Origin: Sphingobacteriales bacterium
Lineage (GTDB): Bacteria > Bacteroidota > Bacteroidia > Sphingobacteriales > Sphingobacteriaceae
DNA length: 57,912 nt
Assembly (NCBI GenBank): GCA_004292865.1
Contig: RDXP01000116.1
Coordinates: 1 to 57,912, forward strand
Reading direction: 5' to 3'
The position numbers and the translations under genes are program-made. Below are positions 28,389 to 38,528 of this stretch, piece by piece; position 1 is the stretch's first letter; each line of letters opens with the position of its first letter. The notes under the pieces were generated by a model that worked only from the letters and a program-made list of their open reading frames with translations, was not told the DNA's origin and ran no database searches.

Positions 28389-30116
28389 ATGAGCACAACC
28401 CTATCCGAGCAAGAAGTACAACGCCGCCAATCGTTACAAGAATTAAAAAACTTGGGCATAAACCCATATCCAGCAGAAGCTTACCATGTAGATACCTACG
28501 CTGCCGATATTACCACAAACTATCAAAACGAAAAAACAGCCTACAAAAATATAAGCATGGCCGGCCGAATTATGACCCGCCGCATTATGGGTAACGCATC
28601 CTTTGCCGAAATACAAGATGCCACAGGCCGTATGCAAATATATTTAAAACGCGACGACCTTTGCCCCGATGAAGATAAAACCCTTTACAATACCGTGTTT
28701 AAAAAACTGCTAGATATTGGCGATTTTATAGGTATTAAAGGTTACGTTTTTACTACCCAAACAGGCGAAATATCGGTACACGTAACCCAATTAACGCTTT
28801 TATCAAAATCGTTAAAACCATTACCCATTGTAAAACGAGACGATGAAGGCAACACCTACGATGGCTTTACCGACCCCGAAATGCGTTACCGTATGCGCTA
28901 TGTTGACTTAACGGTAAACCCTCATTTTAAAGAAATTTTTAAAACCCGCTCAAAAGTTATCAGCACCATGCGTAATTATTTTGATGCCCAAGGTTGGCTA
29001 GAGGTAGAAACACCCATTTTACAAGGCATACACGGTGGTGCGGCGGCAAGGCCTTTCAATACTTTTCATAATACGCTAGATATGCCTTTGTTTTTACGCA
29101 TAGCTAACGAACTGTACCTTAAACGCTTAATTGTTGCAGGTTTTGATGGGGTTTACGAATTTGGCAAAATGTTTAGAAACGAAGGGATGGATAAAACCCA
29201 TAACCCCGAGTTTACCTCCATGGAAATTTACATTGCCTACAAAGATTATATTTGGATGATGGCCATGGTGGAAGATTGTTTAGAGAAAATTACCCTAGCC
29301 ATACACGGCAAAACAACCGTAACCGTAGGCGATAAAGAGATAGATTTTGCAGGGCCTTACCAACGTTTATCTATGTACGATTCTATTTTAAAATACACAG
29401 GTATTGATGTTTCGGCCATGGGCGAAGCACAACTTTTAGAGACCTGCAAAAGCCTTAATGTAGAGGTTAACGCAACTATGGGCAAAGGTAAATTGGTGGA
29501 TGCCATTTTTGGCGAAAAGGTAGAACATGAGTTGATACAACCCACCTACATTACCGATTATCCTATTGAGATGACGCCGCTTGCCAAAAAACACCGTAGC
29601 CACGAAGGCTTGGTAGAGCGGTTCGAGCTGTTTGTAAACGGCAAAGAAATTGCCAATGCTTACAGCGAATTAAACGATGCCATCGACCAAAAACAACGCT
29701 TCGAACACCAGCTTACCCTAGCCGCCCGTGGCGATGATGAAGCCATGGCCATGGACGATGATTTTATACGAGCCCTCGAATATGGTATGCCACCCACAGC
29801 AGGTTTAGGTATTGGTATTGATAGGCTAGTAATGATGCTTACCAACCAGCAAAGCATACAAGAAGTATTGTTTTTTCCGCAAATGCGCCCCGAAAAAAAG
29901 GCTAAAGTAAACGACAACGATTTTATAGCCCTTGGCATACCTGCACAGTGGATACCTGTAATTATAAAAATGGGCTTTAACAACCCCGATGAATTGCAAG
30001 CCGCTAACCCCAACAAAGTATTTAACGACCTTGGCGGGATGCGTAAAAAAATGAAACTGGATTTAGTAATGCCCACAAAAAACGAGGTAATGGCTTGGTT
30101 TGAGCTGAGAGAATAA
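28389..30116 (+). CDS. lysS: Lysine--tRNA ligase (class II) with a C-terminal extension
   Basis: GGAAARPF, FRNEG..HNPEF and GMPPTAGLGIGIDRL motifs. Confidence 0.97.
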   Translation: MSTTLSEQEVQRRQSLQELKNLGINPYPAEAYHVDTYAADITTNYQNEKTAYKNISMAGRIMTRRIMGNASFAEIQDATGRMQIYLKRDDLCPDEDKTLYNTVFKKLLDIGDFIGIKGYVFTTQTGEISVHVTQLTLLSKSLKPLPIVKRDDEGNTYDGFTDPEMRYRMRYVDLTVNPHFKEIFKTRSKVISTMRNYFDAQGWLEVETPILQGIHGGAAARPFNTFHNTLDMPLFLRIANELYLKRLIVAGFDGVYEFGKMFRNEGMDKTHNPEFTSMEIYIAYKDYIWMMAMVEDCLEKITLAIHGKTTVTVGDKEIDFAGPYQRLSMYDSILKYTGIDVSAMGEAQLLETCKSLNVEVNATMGKGKLVDAIFGEKVEHELIQPTYITDYPIEMTPLAKKHRSHEGLVERFELFVNGKEIANAYSELNDAIDQKQRFEHQLTLAARGDDEAMAMDDDFIRALEYGMPPTAGLGIGIDRLVMMLTNQQSIQEVLFFPQMRPEKKAKVNDNDFIALGIPAQWIPVIIKMGFNNPDELQAANPNKVFNDLGGMRKKMKLDLVMPTKNEVMAWFELRE

Positions 30117-30219
30117 AATCATACTTCAAATACGGTTTTAAAAAAACACCACACCACCTTATTTATTAACCACATTATTTATAAATTTCGGGCTTACAAT
30201 AGTTGAGATAGCCCCCTGT

Positions 30220-31398
30220 ATGATGATAAAAAAAATAGTTTCCCTTACCTTATTAGCCGCTGCAAGTTTAAGTGCCTGTAATTCAAACAAAAAAGAACAA
30301 AAACACAAAGTCGTAACGTTAAACCCGCAACACGATAGTTTATTATTGGTTTACAATCCCGCCCAAGCGGATAAAAAACTAGATGATTATTTTAAAGAAA
30401 TACATAAAAAACGAAATTTTAATGGCAATGTATTAATAGCCAAAAACGGCAAAATAATTTATGAAAACGCATTTGGCTGGGCCGATTATTTGCACCGCGA
30501 TTCGTTAACTATTGGTTCTAAATTCCAGCTGGCTTCGCTTTCAAAGCCATTTACGGGTACCGCTATTTTAATGTTGATGGAACAAGGAAAGCTTAAATTA
30601 ACCCAAACAGTAACCGATTTTTTTCCTGAATTCCCTTACCCCGGTATTACGATTAAAATGTTGCTTGCGCACCGCTCGGGCTTAATTAACTATGTTTATT
30701 TTACCGATAAAATATGGAAACAAAAATATAAAGGGATGACAAATATGGATGCCATGGCGTTATTTGCCCAATATAAGCCAAAGCCATATTTCCCGCCCAA
30801 TAGAATGTTTCATTACAACAATTCTAACTTTATGGTATTGGCAGCCATTGTAGAAAAAATTACCCAAAAACCATTTGCACAATACATGCAAGAAGCTATT
30901 TTTAAACCTTTGGGGATGAAAAACACAGCCATTTATTCGACAGCCGTTTACGAAAAAATACCTGTTGATGTGGTAGGGCATGACCGTAATTGGCGAAGAT
31001 CGGTAAGGCAAGATTTTTTGGATGGTACCACTGGCGATAAAGGAATATACAGCACCGTAGGCGATTTATACCTGTTTGACCAAGCAATACGCAATAGCAG
31101 GGTACTTAGCCAAACCACCCTCGATTCGGCTTATACCCCACAAAGCAAATTGCAAAATAAATACTTTGGCTACGGCCTAGGCTGGCGCATTTATACCGAT
31201 AGCCTGCACCAGCAAAAAGTAATTTACCATACTGGCTGGTGGCATGGGTTTAGGCATATTTTTTTGCGAGATACCAAACAAAATATAACCATTATACTGT
31301 TAAGCAACTTGGTAAATGGAAGCATTAACCAAATAGACGATGTGTATAAAATAATAGGTATGCCAGTTATTAGGCGTGGGGTAAATGCCGATGATTGA
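30220..31398 (+). CDS. Serine hydrolase, beta-lactamase/PBP-related lipoprotein
   Basis: SxxK (ASLSK), LLAHRSGL, YxN (YNN) and HTG motifs; lipobox LSA-C. Confidence 0.88.
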   Translation: MMIKKIVSLTLLAAASLSACNSNKKEQKHKVVTLNPQHDSLLLVYNPAQADKKLDDYFKEIHKKRNFNGNVLIAKNGKIIYENAFGWADYLHRDSLTIGSKFQLASLSKPFTGTAILMLMEQGKLKLTQTVTDFFPEFPYPGITIKMLLAHRSGLINYVYFTDKIWKQKYKGMTNMDAMALFAQYKPKPYFPPNRMFHYNNSNFMVLAAIVEKITQKPFAQYMQEAIFKPLGMKNTAIYSTAVYEKIPVDVVGHDRNWRRSVRQDFLDGTTGDKGIYSTVGDLYLFDQAIRNSRVLSQTTLDSAYTPQSKLQNKYFGYGLGWRIYTDSLHQQKVIYHTGWWHGFRHIFLRDTKQNITIILLSNLVNGSINQIDDVYKIIGMPVIRRGVNADD

Positions 31399-31613
31399 GT
31401 GCTGTGCTATTAACCTCAACCCCTAAAAGTTTAGATAATAAATAATTTCATTTTCAGTAATAGCTCAGTGGTTTGTTTATTAATTTCGGCTATTACACTT
31501 TCTGTAGCATTTGGCATTATATCCTTGTTTAGATAAGGATATATTTATAATTGTAAACTGTAAACAGAATTATTTAGAAAAAGTGTAAACTTTTTTCAGG
31601 ACGAGACAACTAG

Positions 31614-31650
31614 CCTTGTACATATTATACATAAATGTACAAGGGTTTTG
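31614..31650. terminator. Hairpin between convergent genes
   Basis: CCTTGTACAT, 11-nt loop, ATGTACAAGG followed by GTTTTGTT. Confidence 0.6.
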
Positions 31651-31673
31651 TTATCAAATATTTAACTCTTTTT

Positions 31674-32033
31674 TTAAAGCAAAAAAGTAGAATTACGGTT
31701 ATTGTTAAAGCTACCAAACAATATTTTTATTAACGATAGTGCCAAGGCAAATATCATTGCCGACCAAAATCCATTGGTGCTAAAACCCTGTAGTAAATTA
31801 TCAACCAGTATTACCATCAATACGGTAATAATAAACGACATTAGCCCAAGCGATAAAACATTGATAGGGAAGGTTAAAATCCGTAAAATAAAGCCAATAG
31901 TGGCATTGCTAATGGCTAGCAGTACGCCTACAATAATTGCGGTTACATAGCCATTAACCTGTACACCAGGTACAAAGTAAGCGGCCAAAACTACAGCCAA
32001 GCCTGTAAGTAATATTTCAATGATAAATTTCAT
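31674..32033 (-). CDS. 4-TMS phage-holin-like family (YvlD-like) membrane protein
   Basis: VPGVQV, ILRILTFPINVLSLGL and GFWSA; no phage genes nearby. Confidence 0.82.
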   Translation of the reverse strand: MKFIIEILLTGLAVVLAAYFVPGVQVNGYVTAIIVGVLLAISNATIGFILRILTFPINVLSLGLMSFIITVLMVILVDNLLQGFSTNGFWSAMIFALALSLIKILFGSFNNNRNSTFLL

Positions 32034-32064
32034 GATGAGGTGTTTTTTATAGTTGTAAATAAAT

Positions 32065-32838
32065 TTATGGATGTGGGTTTCTTAACTGTACTACTTTGCT
32101 GTTTTTCTTTTTCATTTTAAGGTTAAGCATTTCTACCAGTACCGAAAAAGCCATGGCAAAATAAATATAACCCTTGGGTATATGCTGTTCGAAACCTTCG
32201 GCCAGTAACGATACGCCTATTAAAAGTAAAAACGAAAGGGCTAATATTTTAACTGTGGGATGCTGGTTTACAAAATCTGAAATACCCCCTGCCGATACCA
32301 TCATTACACCCACAGCAATAATTACTGCGGCTATCATTACCTCGATATGATCGGCCATGCCCACGGCTGTAATTACCGAATCTAACGAAAAAACCAAATC
32401 TAATATTAAAATCTGAATAATTGTAGCTGTAAATGAGTGTGGCTTGCGCTTGTTTTCGTGTTCGGGTTGGCCTTCTAGTTTTTCGTGAATTTCGTGTGTA
32501 CTTTTATAAATCAAAAATAAGCCTCCTATAATCAAAATTAAATCGCGTCCCGATAACGATAATTGTTCTAAAATTTTACCATCTTTTACATTTAGCCACT
32601 GGCCCATATTAAATAAAGGGCTTGTAAGTTTCATCATCCAAGTTAATGATAGTAAAAGCATTACACGGGTAATCATGGCTAAGGCTAAGCCTAATTGCCT
32701 AGCTTTTTTTTGTTTATCAGCAGGTAGTTTCCCTGCCAATATGGATATAAAAACAATATTATCTATGCCCAGTACAATTTCTAAAAGGGTAAGGGTAAGT
32801 AACGAAATCCAAATTTCGGGCGATGTTATCCATTCCAT
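32065..32838 (-). CDS. TerC family membrane protein
   Basis: LEIVLGIDN and DLVFSLDSVITAVG motifs. Confidence 0.93.
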   Translation of the reverse strand: MEWITSPEIWISLLTLTLLEIVLGIDNIVFISILAGKLPADKQKKARQLGLALAMITRVMLLLSLTWMMKLTSPLFNMGQWLNVKDGKILEQLSLSGRDLILIIGGLFLIYKSTHEIHEKLEGQPEHENKRKPHSFTATIIQILILDLVFSLDSVITAVGMADHIEVMIAAVIIAVGVMMVSAGGISDFVNQHPTVKILALSFLLLIGVSLLAEGFEQHIPKGYIYFAMAFSVLVEMLNLKMKKKNSKVVQLRNPHP

Positions 32839-32891
32839 AGTTGATTATTTATGCCAAAAGTAACAAAATGAATATACAAGCCACAATTTAT

Positions 32892-33902
32892 TTAAGGTAA
32901 ATTATACACTATACCTAACGATAATGCTTGGCTGGATTGTAGGGTGTTGCTAAAATCATCATCGTAAAGAGCTACGCCATTTACCATCACGTTAATAAAC
33001 TTATTTACTTTTGCGGTTAGGGTAACATCCAGTCGTTGGTCTATATGTTGTATTTTTTCATACGCAGCAAATAATAGATAACGCGATTTTAGGTTTAAGT
33101 TTTTGGCAATATCTTTATCAAAATTTGCCACCATTTGAAAAGCGAGTTCGTTGCGAAAAACTTTACCAATAGGTACCCCAAAGTTTTTGGGATTATTTTT
33201 GTATAAGGTAGTATCCAGTACAAATGTTTGGCGGGCTGTACCTGTACCTAAGCGTAAACTAAAGTAATTGATGGGTTTATACTCGAAACCTACCGACTCG
33301 GTAACATAGCCTGGTGCCATAAAGTTAGAAATATTAGTTCGGGTTTCGTTACCCGCTACATCTTTGCCATAAGTATAGCCAATATCAAACTGCGACTCGA
33401 AACTTAGGGAGCCAAAAAAGTACCAGTTTTTTGATATTTGCAATGCAGCTTTATTATCTATAAAAATACGGTCGTTGGTTTTACGTTCTAATTGGTTTTT
33501 GTTTTTTAGTTTACCATAAATTAAATCGAGTTGTGTAATATAGTTTACACGTTCTTTATTATACTCGGCTTTGTATAAAAATTGCCCGCCCAATGCCAGC
33601 GAATTTACCCCGCCACCGCTCCAGTTATTGCTAAATGCGGCTTGGTTAACATTAATACTAAATGTACTTTGGTTGCGCCAATAATTAACTTTAACGTTTA
33701 ATAACCTGGGCGGTATAGTTGTTTTTTTAAGAAAAAATAAAGGGCTTTTGCTTATGAGCGGGTTTTTTTTAAGCGTACTTATTTGGGTTTTTACGGTATC
33801 GGCTTGGGGCAGCGCATTTTGTGCCTTGGCATTTGTAAGCCCCAGTAAAAATGCTCCCACTATTAAAAAATTAAAAATATGTTGATGTAAACTTTGCTTC
33901 AT
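32892..33902 (-). CDS. DUF3078 outer-membrane protein
   Basis: NQAAFSNNWSGGG, RKTNDR and FMAPGY motifs. Confidence 0.82.
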   Translation of the reverse strand: MKQSLHQHIFNFLIVGAFLLGLTNAKAQNALPQADTVKTQISTLKKNPLISKSPLFFLKKTTIPPRLLNVKVNYWRNQSTFSINVNQAAFSNNWSGGGVNSLALGGQFLYKAEYNKERVNYITQLDLIYGKLKNKNQLERKTNDRIFIDNKAALQISKNWYFFGSLSFESQFDIGYTYGKDVAGNETRTNISNFMAPGYVTESVGFEYKPINYFSLRLGTGTARQTFVLDTTLYKNNPKNFGVPIGKVFRNELAFQMVANFDKDIAKNLNLKSRYLLFAAYEKIQHIDQRLDVTLTAKVNKFINVMVNGVALYDDDFSNTLQSSQALSLGIVYNLP

Positions 33903-34288
33903 ACAGATTTATTTGCGTGTATATATTTTAAAAAAGCCCACAATGTACGCTTGCGCAAATATAGTATATCCCCATCATTTGCATAAGCTTCGCGTTCAAA
34001 AATTATATGGTAATAGGCTTGGTAACTATTTTTATATCTCCATAAATTTATAATATAATTGGCGGCATATAAAATGTAAAAAGGCAAAATCAGTAATTCT
34101 AACTGTTGCTGCAAGTGTATGGTTTCATGCCTAATAATTTGGCTATCATTACGGTAAGCTGGTTTATTTATCAGTATAAACGGAAACAAGGCCATGCCAT
34201 TCACGTTTAAAAATGGAACGTAAATAATAGGGTAACTCAATTTAAAAATGTGTTTTAAGCATATAAGGTTTACACGGTTTTTACCCAT
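33899..34288 (-). CDS. Conserved hypothetical protein with an HExxH motif
   Basis: GMALFPFI, RHETIHLQQQ and FEREAY; the true start may be further downstream. Confidence 0.75.
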   Translation of the reverse strand: MGKNRVNLICLKHIFKLSYPIIYVPFLNVNGMALFPFILINKPAYRNDSQIIRHETIHLQQQLELLILPFYILYAANYIINLWRYKNSYQAYYHIIFEREAYANDGDILYLRKRTLWAFLKYIHANKSV

Positions 34289-34421
34289 TATTTTTATAAT
34301 GCTTAGTTAATTTTATATGGCTTTATTGTTTGTTTCTTAAAACTACATGCGGGTAATATGCAAAGGTAATTAAAAACAATAGTGGCTAAAAAAATTAAAG
34401 CTATATAAATCAAAATAAAAT

Positions 34422-34429
34422 TATCTTTG
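34422..34429 (+). promoter_or_regulatory. -7 box for the CAZyme cluster (a divergent box lies at 34361-34368)
   Basis: TATCTTTG on the plus strand; TACCTTTG on the minus strand. Confidence 0.55.
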
Positions 34430-34476
34430 GGGCATAAACCATACCAATTAAACCTATTGTAACCAGCCAATAAATA

Positions 34477-36474
34477 ATGAAGATTTTTATTTTTTTAATG
34501 CTATATTTTTGTAGCCTTTGCCCACTTATGGCTACCAACTACTACCTATCGGCTAGTGGAAACGATGGCAATAAAGGTACAACCCTAAGCCAACCTTGGA
34601 AATCCATAACCCGCCTAAACCAGCAAATATTAAAACCCGGCGATAAAGTTTTATTTAAAAAAGGAGATACTTTTTTTGGTGAGATTGTTGTAAAACAATC
34701 GGGCAGTAGCAAGCAAGCAATTACAATATCGGCTTACGGCACTGGTGCCAACCCTATAATTACAGGTGCCATTAAACTACATAATTTTACGGCCTACAAC
34801 ACGCATATATGGCAAGTTAAACTAAACCAAACGGTAAAAAACTTATTTGATAATGGCAAATTAAAAACACTAGCCCGCTACCCCAATACAGGTTTTGCTA
34901 TTATGCAAGGTGGCGTAGGCGATAGTGTAACCTTTATTGATTCATCGCTAAAGCAAAAAGAAAAATACTGGGAAAACACCAACCTACGTTTTAGAACCTG
35001 GGATTGGGAAGTACGTACCAGCGTAGTTAAAAAATTTGGAAACCATAAAGTTACCATTAGCGATAGCTCAACCAATACCTTGGGCAAAGGCTGGGGGTAC
35101 TATTTCGACAATAAATTTGAAGAACTAGATACCTTGGGCGAATGGTTTTACCATCCCACTCAAAAAATATTATATTATTACGGCGGCAATACTTTTACAG
35201 GCAAAAACACCGAGGCTGTTACATTAAATTGTGGTGTAAGTATATATAATAGTGTGCGTTATGTAAACGTTTCGCAGCTTGATATACAAAAATTTGATAC
35301 TTTTGGCATTAACCTATTGGGTAATAATAGCCATATTATACTGGCACATAATAAAATACAATACATTAACCACACGGGTATTGCTATCGGCCAAATTGCA
35401 AAAAACTGTAATGTAAATAACAACGAAATTGCGGATATAAACGGCCGAGGAATATACGCCCTAGAACCCGAAAACTTACTTATACACAATAATTACGTAC
35501 ACCACATAGGCCTAATAATGGGCTATGGCATAAGCGGCGTAAATGGCATGGTAGGCATTACTATTGCCAATAACGAAGTTGTAAAACTTGCCCAAAGCCA
35601 TACTGCATTAAACAACAGTATTAAATACAATAGGGTAGAAAAAACGGGTTACGTGGGCATTAGAATGGATGGTGCTTATAGCACAATGGAAAATAACGTG
35701 GTAAGCAATGCATTATTAAAGTTAAGCGATGGTGCAGCCATATATTGCTGGGCAAAATGTAAATTTTATACCCACAATAATCAAATAAAAAACAATGTGG
35801 TATCGGATGTAAAGGGCTCTAATTACGGTACTACCAATAGCCATAAATTGCCCGATGCCAATGGTATTTATTTAGATAACTTGGTTTACAATATAGCGGT
35901 AGAAGGCAATACGGTTTCAAATATTTCGGCAATTGGTATTCATATAAATTCCGATGCGCATGATAACACGGTTAAAAACAACCTACTATACAATTGTAAA
36001 AACAGTTTATCGGTAGCCGAGTGGTTTAACCCCAACACAACCCGCAACAATATATTTAGCCATAACACTGTTTTTATAAGCCAAAAAAACTATCGTGGCG
36101 TACTTTTAATAAATTGGCTTGTACCCAGTACACAAAACATGGCCAGTTTTAACCACAATAAATATTATACACTACACTCCGATACCCTTGCCCGCGATTT
36201 ATATAATACTGTAGATGCCATGGGCAAAAAAAATACCATTGATAAAAGTTTTACTTTACAAGATTGGAAAAAACTATACGGTTACGAAAAAAATGGGATG
36301 TTTAATAACTTAAATCTAAACCAAAATGCGTACCCACACCTTATTATAAACACCCAAAAAATAAGTAAAACGTTAAATTATAAAAATCAACTAATTTACA
36401 CTTTGGGCCGCAAAAAAATAACTAAATTAACACTTCAACCTTTCCAATCTACAGTAATAATAGCCGAGAAGTAA
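34477..36474 (+). CDS. Secreted right-handed parallel beta-helix protein (putative carbohydrate-active enzyme)
   Basis: Signal peptide, YYLSASGND.N.GT...PWKS, PGD.VLF, ARYPN, GEWFY, DGAAIY, GIYLD and Asn-ladder repeats. Confidence 0.8.
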   Translation: MKIFIFLMLYFCSLCPLMATNYYLSASGNDGNKGTTLSQPWKSITRLNQQILKPGDKVLFKKGDTFFGEIVVKQSGSSKQAITISAYGTGANPIITGAIKLHNFTAYNTHIWQVKLNQTVKNLFDNGKLKTLARYPNTGFAIMQGGVGDSVTFIDSSLKQKEKYWENTNLRFRTWDWEVRTSVVKKFGNHKVTISDSSTNTLGKGWGYYFDNKFEELDTLGEWFYHPTQKILYYYGGNTFTGKNTEAVTLNCGVSIYNSVRYVNVSQLDIQKFDTFGINLLGNNSHIILAHNKIQYINHTGIAIGQIAKNCNVNNNEIADINGRGIYALEPENLLIHNNYVHHIGLIMGYGISGVNGMVGITIANNEVVKLAQSHTALNNSIKYNRVEKTGYVGIRMDGAYSTMENNVVSNALLKLSDGAAIYCWAKCKFYTHNNQIKNNVVSDVKGSNYGTTNSHKLPDANGIYLDNLVYNIAVEGNTVSNISAIGIHINSDAHDNTVKNNLLYNCKNSLSVAEWFNPNTTRNNIFSHNTVFISQKNYRGVLLINWLVPSTQNMASFNHNKYYTLHSDTLARDLYNTVDAMGKKNTIDKSFTLQDWKKLYGYEKNGMFNNLNLNQNAYPHLIINTQKISKTLNYKNQLIYTLGRKKITKLTLQPFQSTVIIAEK

Positions 36475-36539
36475 ATGGTATGTTTCACATTAGGTAAATG
36501 ATGTATATTGGCAAATTTTAAATATAAAACTATTGGCAA

Positions 36540-38504
36540 ATGACTAAATTAAAAACAACCTTATTAGCGCTATCGATTGCCGTTTTGGGGCAACAAAAGC
36601 CATTATATGCACAAGCCATAACAGCTATTATCCATAATGATGGTAGCTATGATATTGTAGGCAAAGCGGTAAAAATTACCAATTGCTACCCAGCTTTGGA
36701 TAATAAATCATTAAAAGTAACCCAAGTTAAAATATCCGAAAAGGGAAATAGTAAAACCATTGATTATATTTTAACCAAGGGCAAAATTACTTTACAATTT
36801 GGAGTTGAAGACACCGCATTAACTATCAATACCAAGGTAGAAGGCTTAAACTTTAGCCCAGCTTCCATATCCATCATCCATGATGCCGAAGTTATTGGTG
36901 CAAAACAACTTTACAAAACGCCAGTAATGATAGGTGGTGGTGCGGGCATTAAAAACTGGCCCGAAACCACAGAGCAATACCCCGATTGCCACTCCATAAC
37001 CGGTTTGGTAAACGATAGCGGAGCGGCAATGGTAGTTTCTACCCGCAATTATAAAAAGTACATCTCCCAACTAAAGCCCTACCCATCACAGCTAAATGGC
37101 GGAAAACACTTGGTTGATGTAAATATTAATACAGAGAAAGTATCCGTAACCGATATCCCAACATTTTATTTTACAGAAAACACAGTTGCTTACGATGCCA
37201 TGCGCAACGAGGCTACAGCCGCAGCAAAATTTATGGGCGTAAAAAGTGCTAAGCCACAATCTTATCATTGGTGCTCGTGGTATTTTACCTATTATCATCT
37301 GGACCAAGTTATGGTTTCTGATTATCTGAAAGGATTTAAGGCCATTACACCATCGGTAAATATCCAAACCTTTCAAATCGATGCAGGCTACCACCCACAT
37401 TTAGGCGATTGGTTAGAACCGAGCTTTAAATTTCCTAACGGGATAGAACCATCTGTTAAAGAAATTATAGCAAAAGGGTATAAAGCCGGTATTTGGATTG
37501 GCCCGTACATGGTGGGCAATAGAAGTAAATTATATGCCGAGCACCCCGATTGGATATTGAGAAAAAACGATGGCAAGCCCATTATCCAAATGACTTTTTA
37601 TGGCGAAGAACGTTTATGGGGATTAATAGATGAAGAAACTTATGTTTTAGATACCAGCAACCCCGCTGTAATGGCTTATTTACGCAACGTTTTTCGTACG
37701 TTCAAAAAAATGGGCATTAGCTTTTTTAAAACAGATTTTATGTATTACGGATGGGAATCGTCCAACAACGTAAAAAGGTTTATGCCCGGCAAAACATCGT
37801 CCGAATATCAGCGAGAGTTTTTTGATATGATACGCCAAGAAATTGGGCAAGATGCCTATTGGCTAGGTTGTATTGCCCCTTTCCCAGTAATGCTGGGTTA
37901 TGTAGATGGTATGCGCATGGCAGGCGATATTAGCCCCAAATGGGAAGCCTGTGCTGGTATGTATAATGAGATGAAAGGCGGGCAACACATCAACAATGTT
38001 TGGTGGCAAAACGATGCTGACGCCTTGATAGTGAGAGAAAAGTACAACTATTTAACAGATGAAGAAACCAAATCTTTGGCTTATTGGGTAGGGATGCTGG
38101 GCGGTGTGGTAAACACTTCGGATTTGTTTCACCAAATACCAAAAGAAAGGGTAGAATTGTTTAGGTTTTTAGAACCCGGTTCCCAAAAATATTCGGCCAA
38201 AGTGCCATTTATTACCAAAGATGAAAAGTTTGAAGTACTTACCCGACAGTTTACTGCCCAAAAATCGTATGCCGTTTTGTTCACCAATCGTAAAGACGTT
38301 AAAAACACCGCAACATTTACCTTAAAAAGTTTGGTGGACGTAAAGCAAGCCACATGTTTTGCTTGGGATGTGGCCAGTACGCAAAAAATAGGTGTAATGG
38401 ATAGCTTAACCATCGAATTAAATCCTCACCAAAGCAAGCTCATTTATATTTCTACCGATGGGAAATCTCCGGAAGGGATGACCTTGGGCGGCAAAGTAAA
38501 ATAA
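36540..38504 (+). CDS. Clan GH-D (GH36-like) alpha-galactosidase-type hydrolase
   Basis: WCSWY, FQIDAGY, nucleophile motif FFKTDF and acid/base motif MRMAGD. Confidence 0.78.
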   Translation: MTKLKTTLLALSIAVLGQQKPLYAQAITAIIHNDGSYDIVGKAVKITNCYPALDNKSLKVTQVKISEKGNSKTIDYILTKGKITLQFGVEDTALTINTKVEGLNFSPASISIIHDAEVIGAKQLYKTPVMIGGGAGIKNWPETTEQYPDCHSITGLVNDSGAAMVVSTRNYKKYISQLKPYPSQLNGGKHLVDVNINTEKVSVTDIPTFYFTENTVAYDAMRNEATAAAKFMGVKSAKPQSYHWCSWYFTYYHLDQVMVSDYLKGFKAITPSVNIQTFQIDAGYHPHLGDWLEPSFKFPNGIEPSVKEIIAKGYKAGIWIGPYMVGNRSKLYAEHPDWILRKNDGKPIIQMTFYGEERLWGLIDEETYVLDTSNPAVMAYLRNVFRTFKKMGISFFKTDFMYYGWESSNNVKRFMPGKTSSEYQREFFDMIRQEIGQDAYWLGCIAPFPVMLGYVDGMRMAGDISPKWEACAGMYNEMKGGQHINNVWWQNDADALIVREKYNYLTDEETKSLAYWVGMLGGVVNTSDLFHQIPKERVELFRFLEPGSQKYSAKVPFITKDEKFEVLTRQFTAQKSYAVLFTNRKDVKNTATFTLKSLVDVKQATCFAWDVASTQKIGVMDSLTIELNPHQSKLIYISTDGKSPEGMTLGGKVK

Positions 38505-38528
38505 ATAAACCAGTTAAATAAATATAGA

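Noticed and set aside
28196-28594. ORF 28256-28594 and the GC-richer patch before lysS as a possible T-box or leader
   Set aside because: The ORF overlaps lysS out of frame, there is no T-box or riboswitch consensus, and the putative lysS promoter lies downstream of the patch.
30220-31398. Antibiotic-resistance beta-lactamase
   Set aside because: It has only generic serine-hydrolase motifs (HTG triad), with nothing specific to class A, C or D enzymes.
31674-32033. Holin-like gene as a prophage marker
   Set aside because: This family is commonly chromosomal, and there is no integrase, lysin or structural gene nearby.
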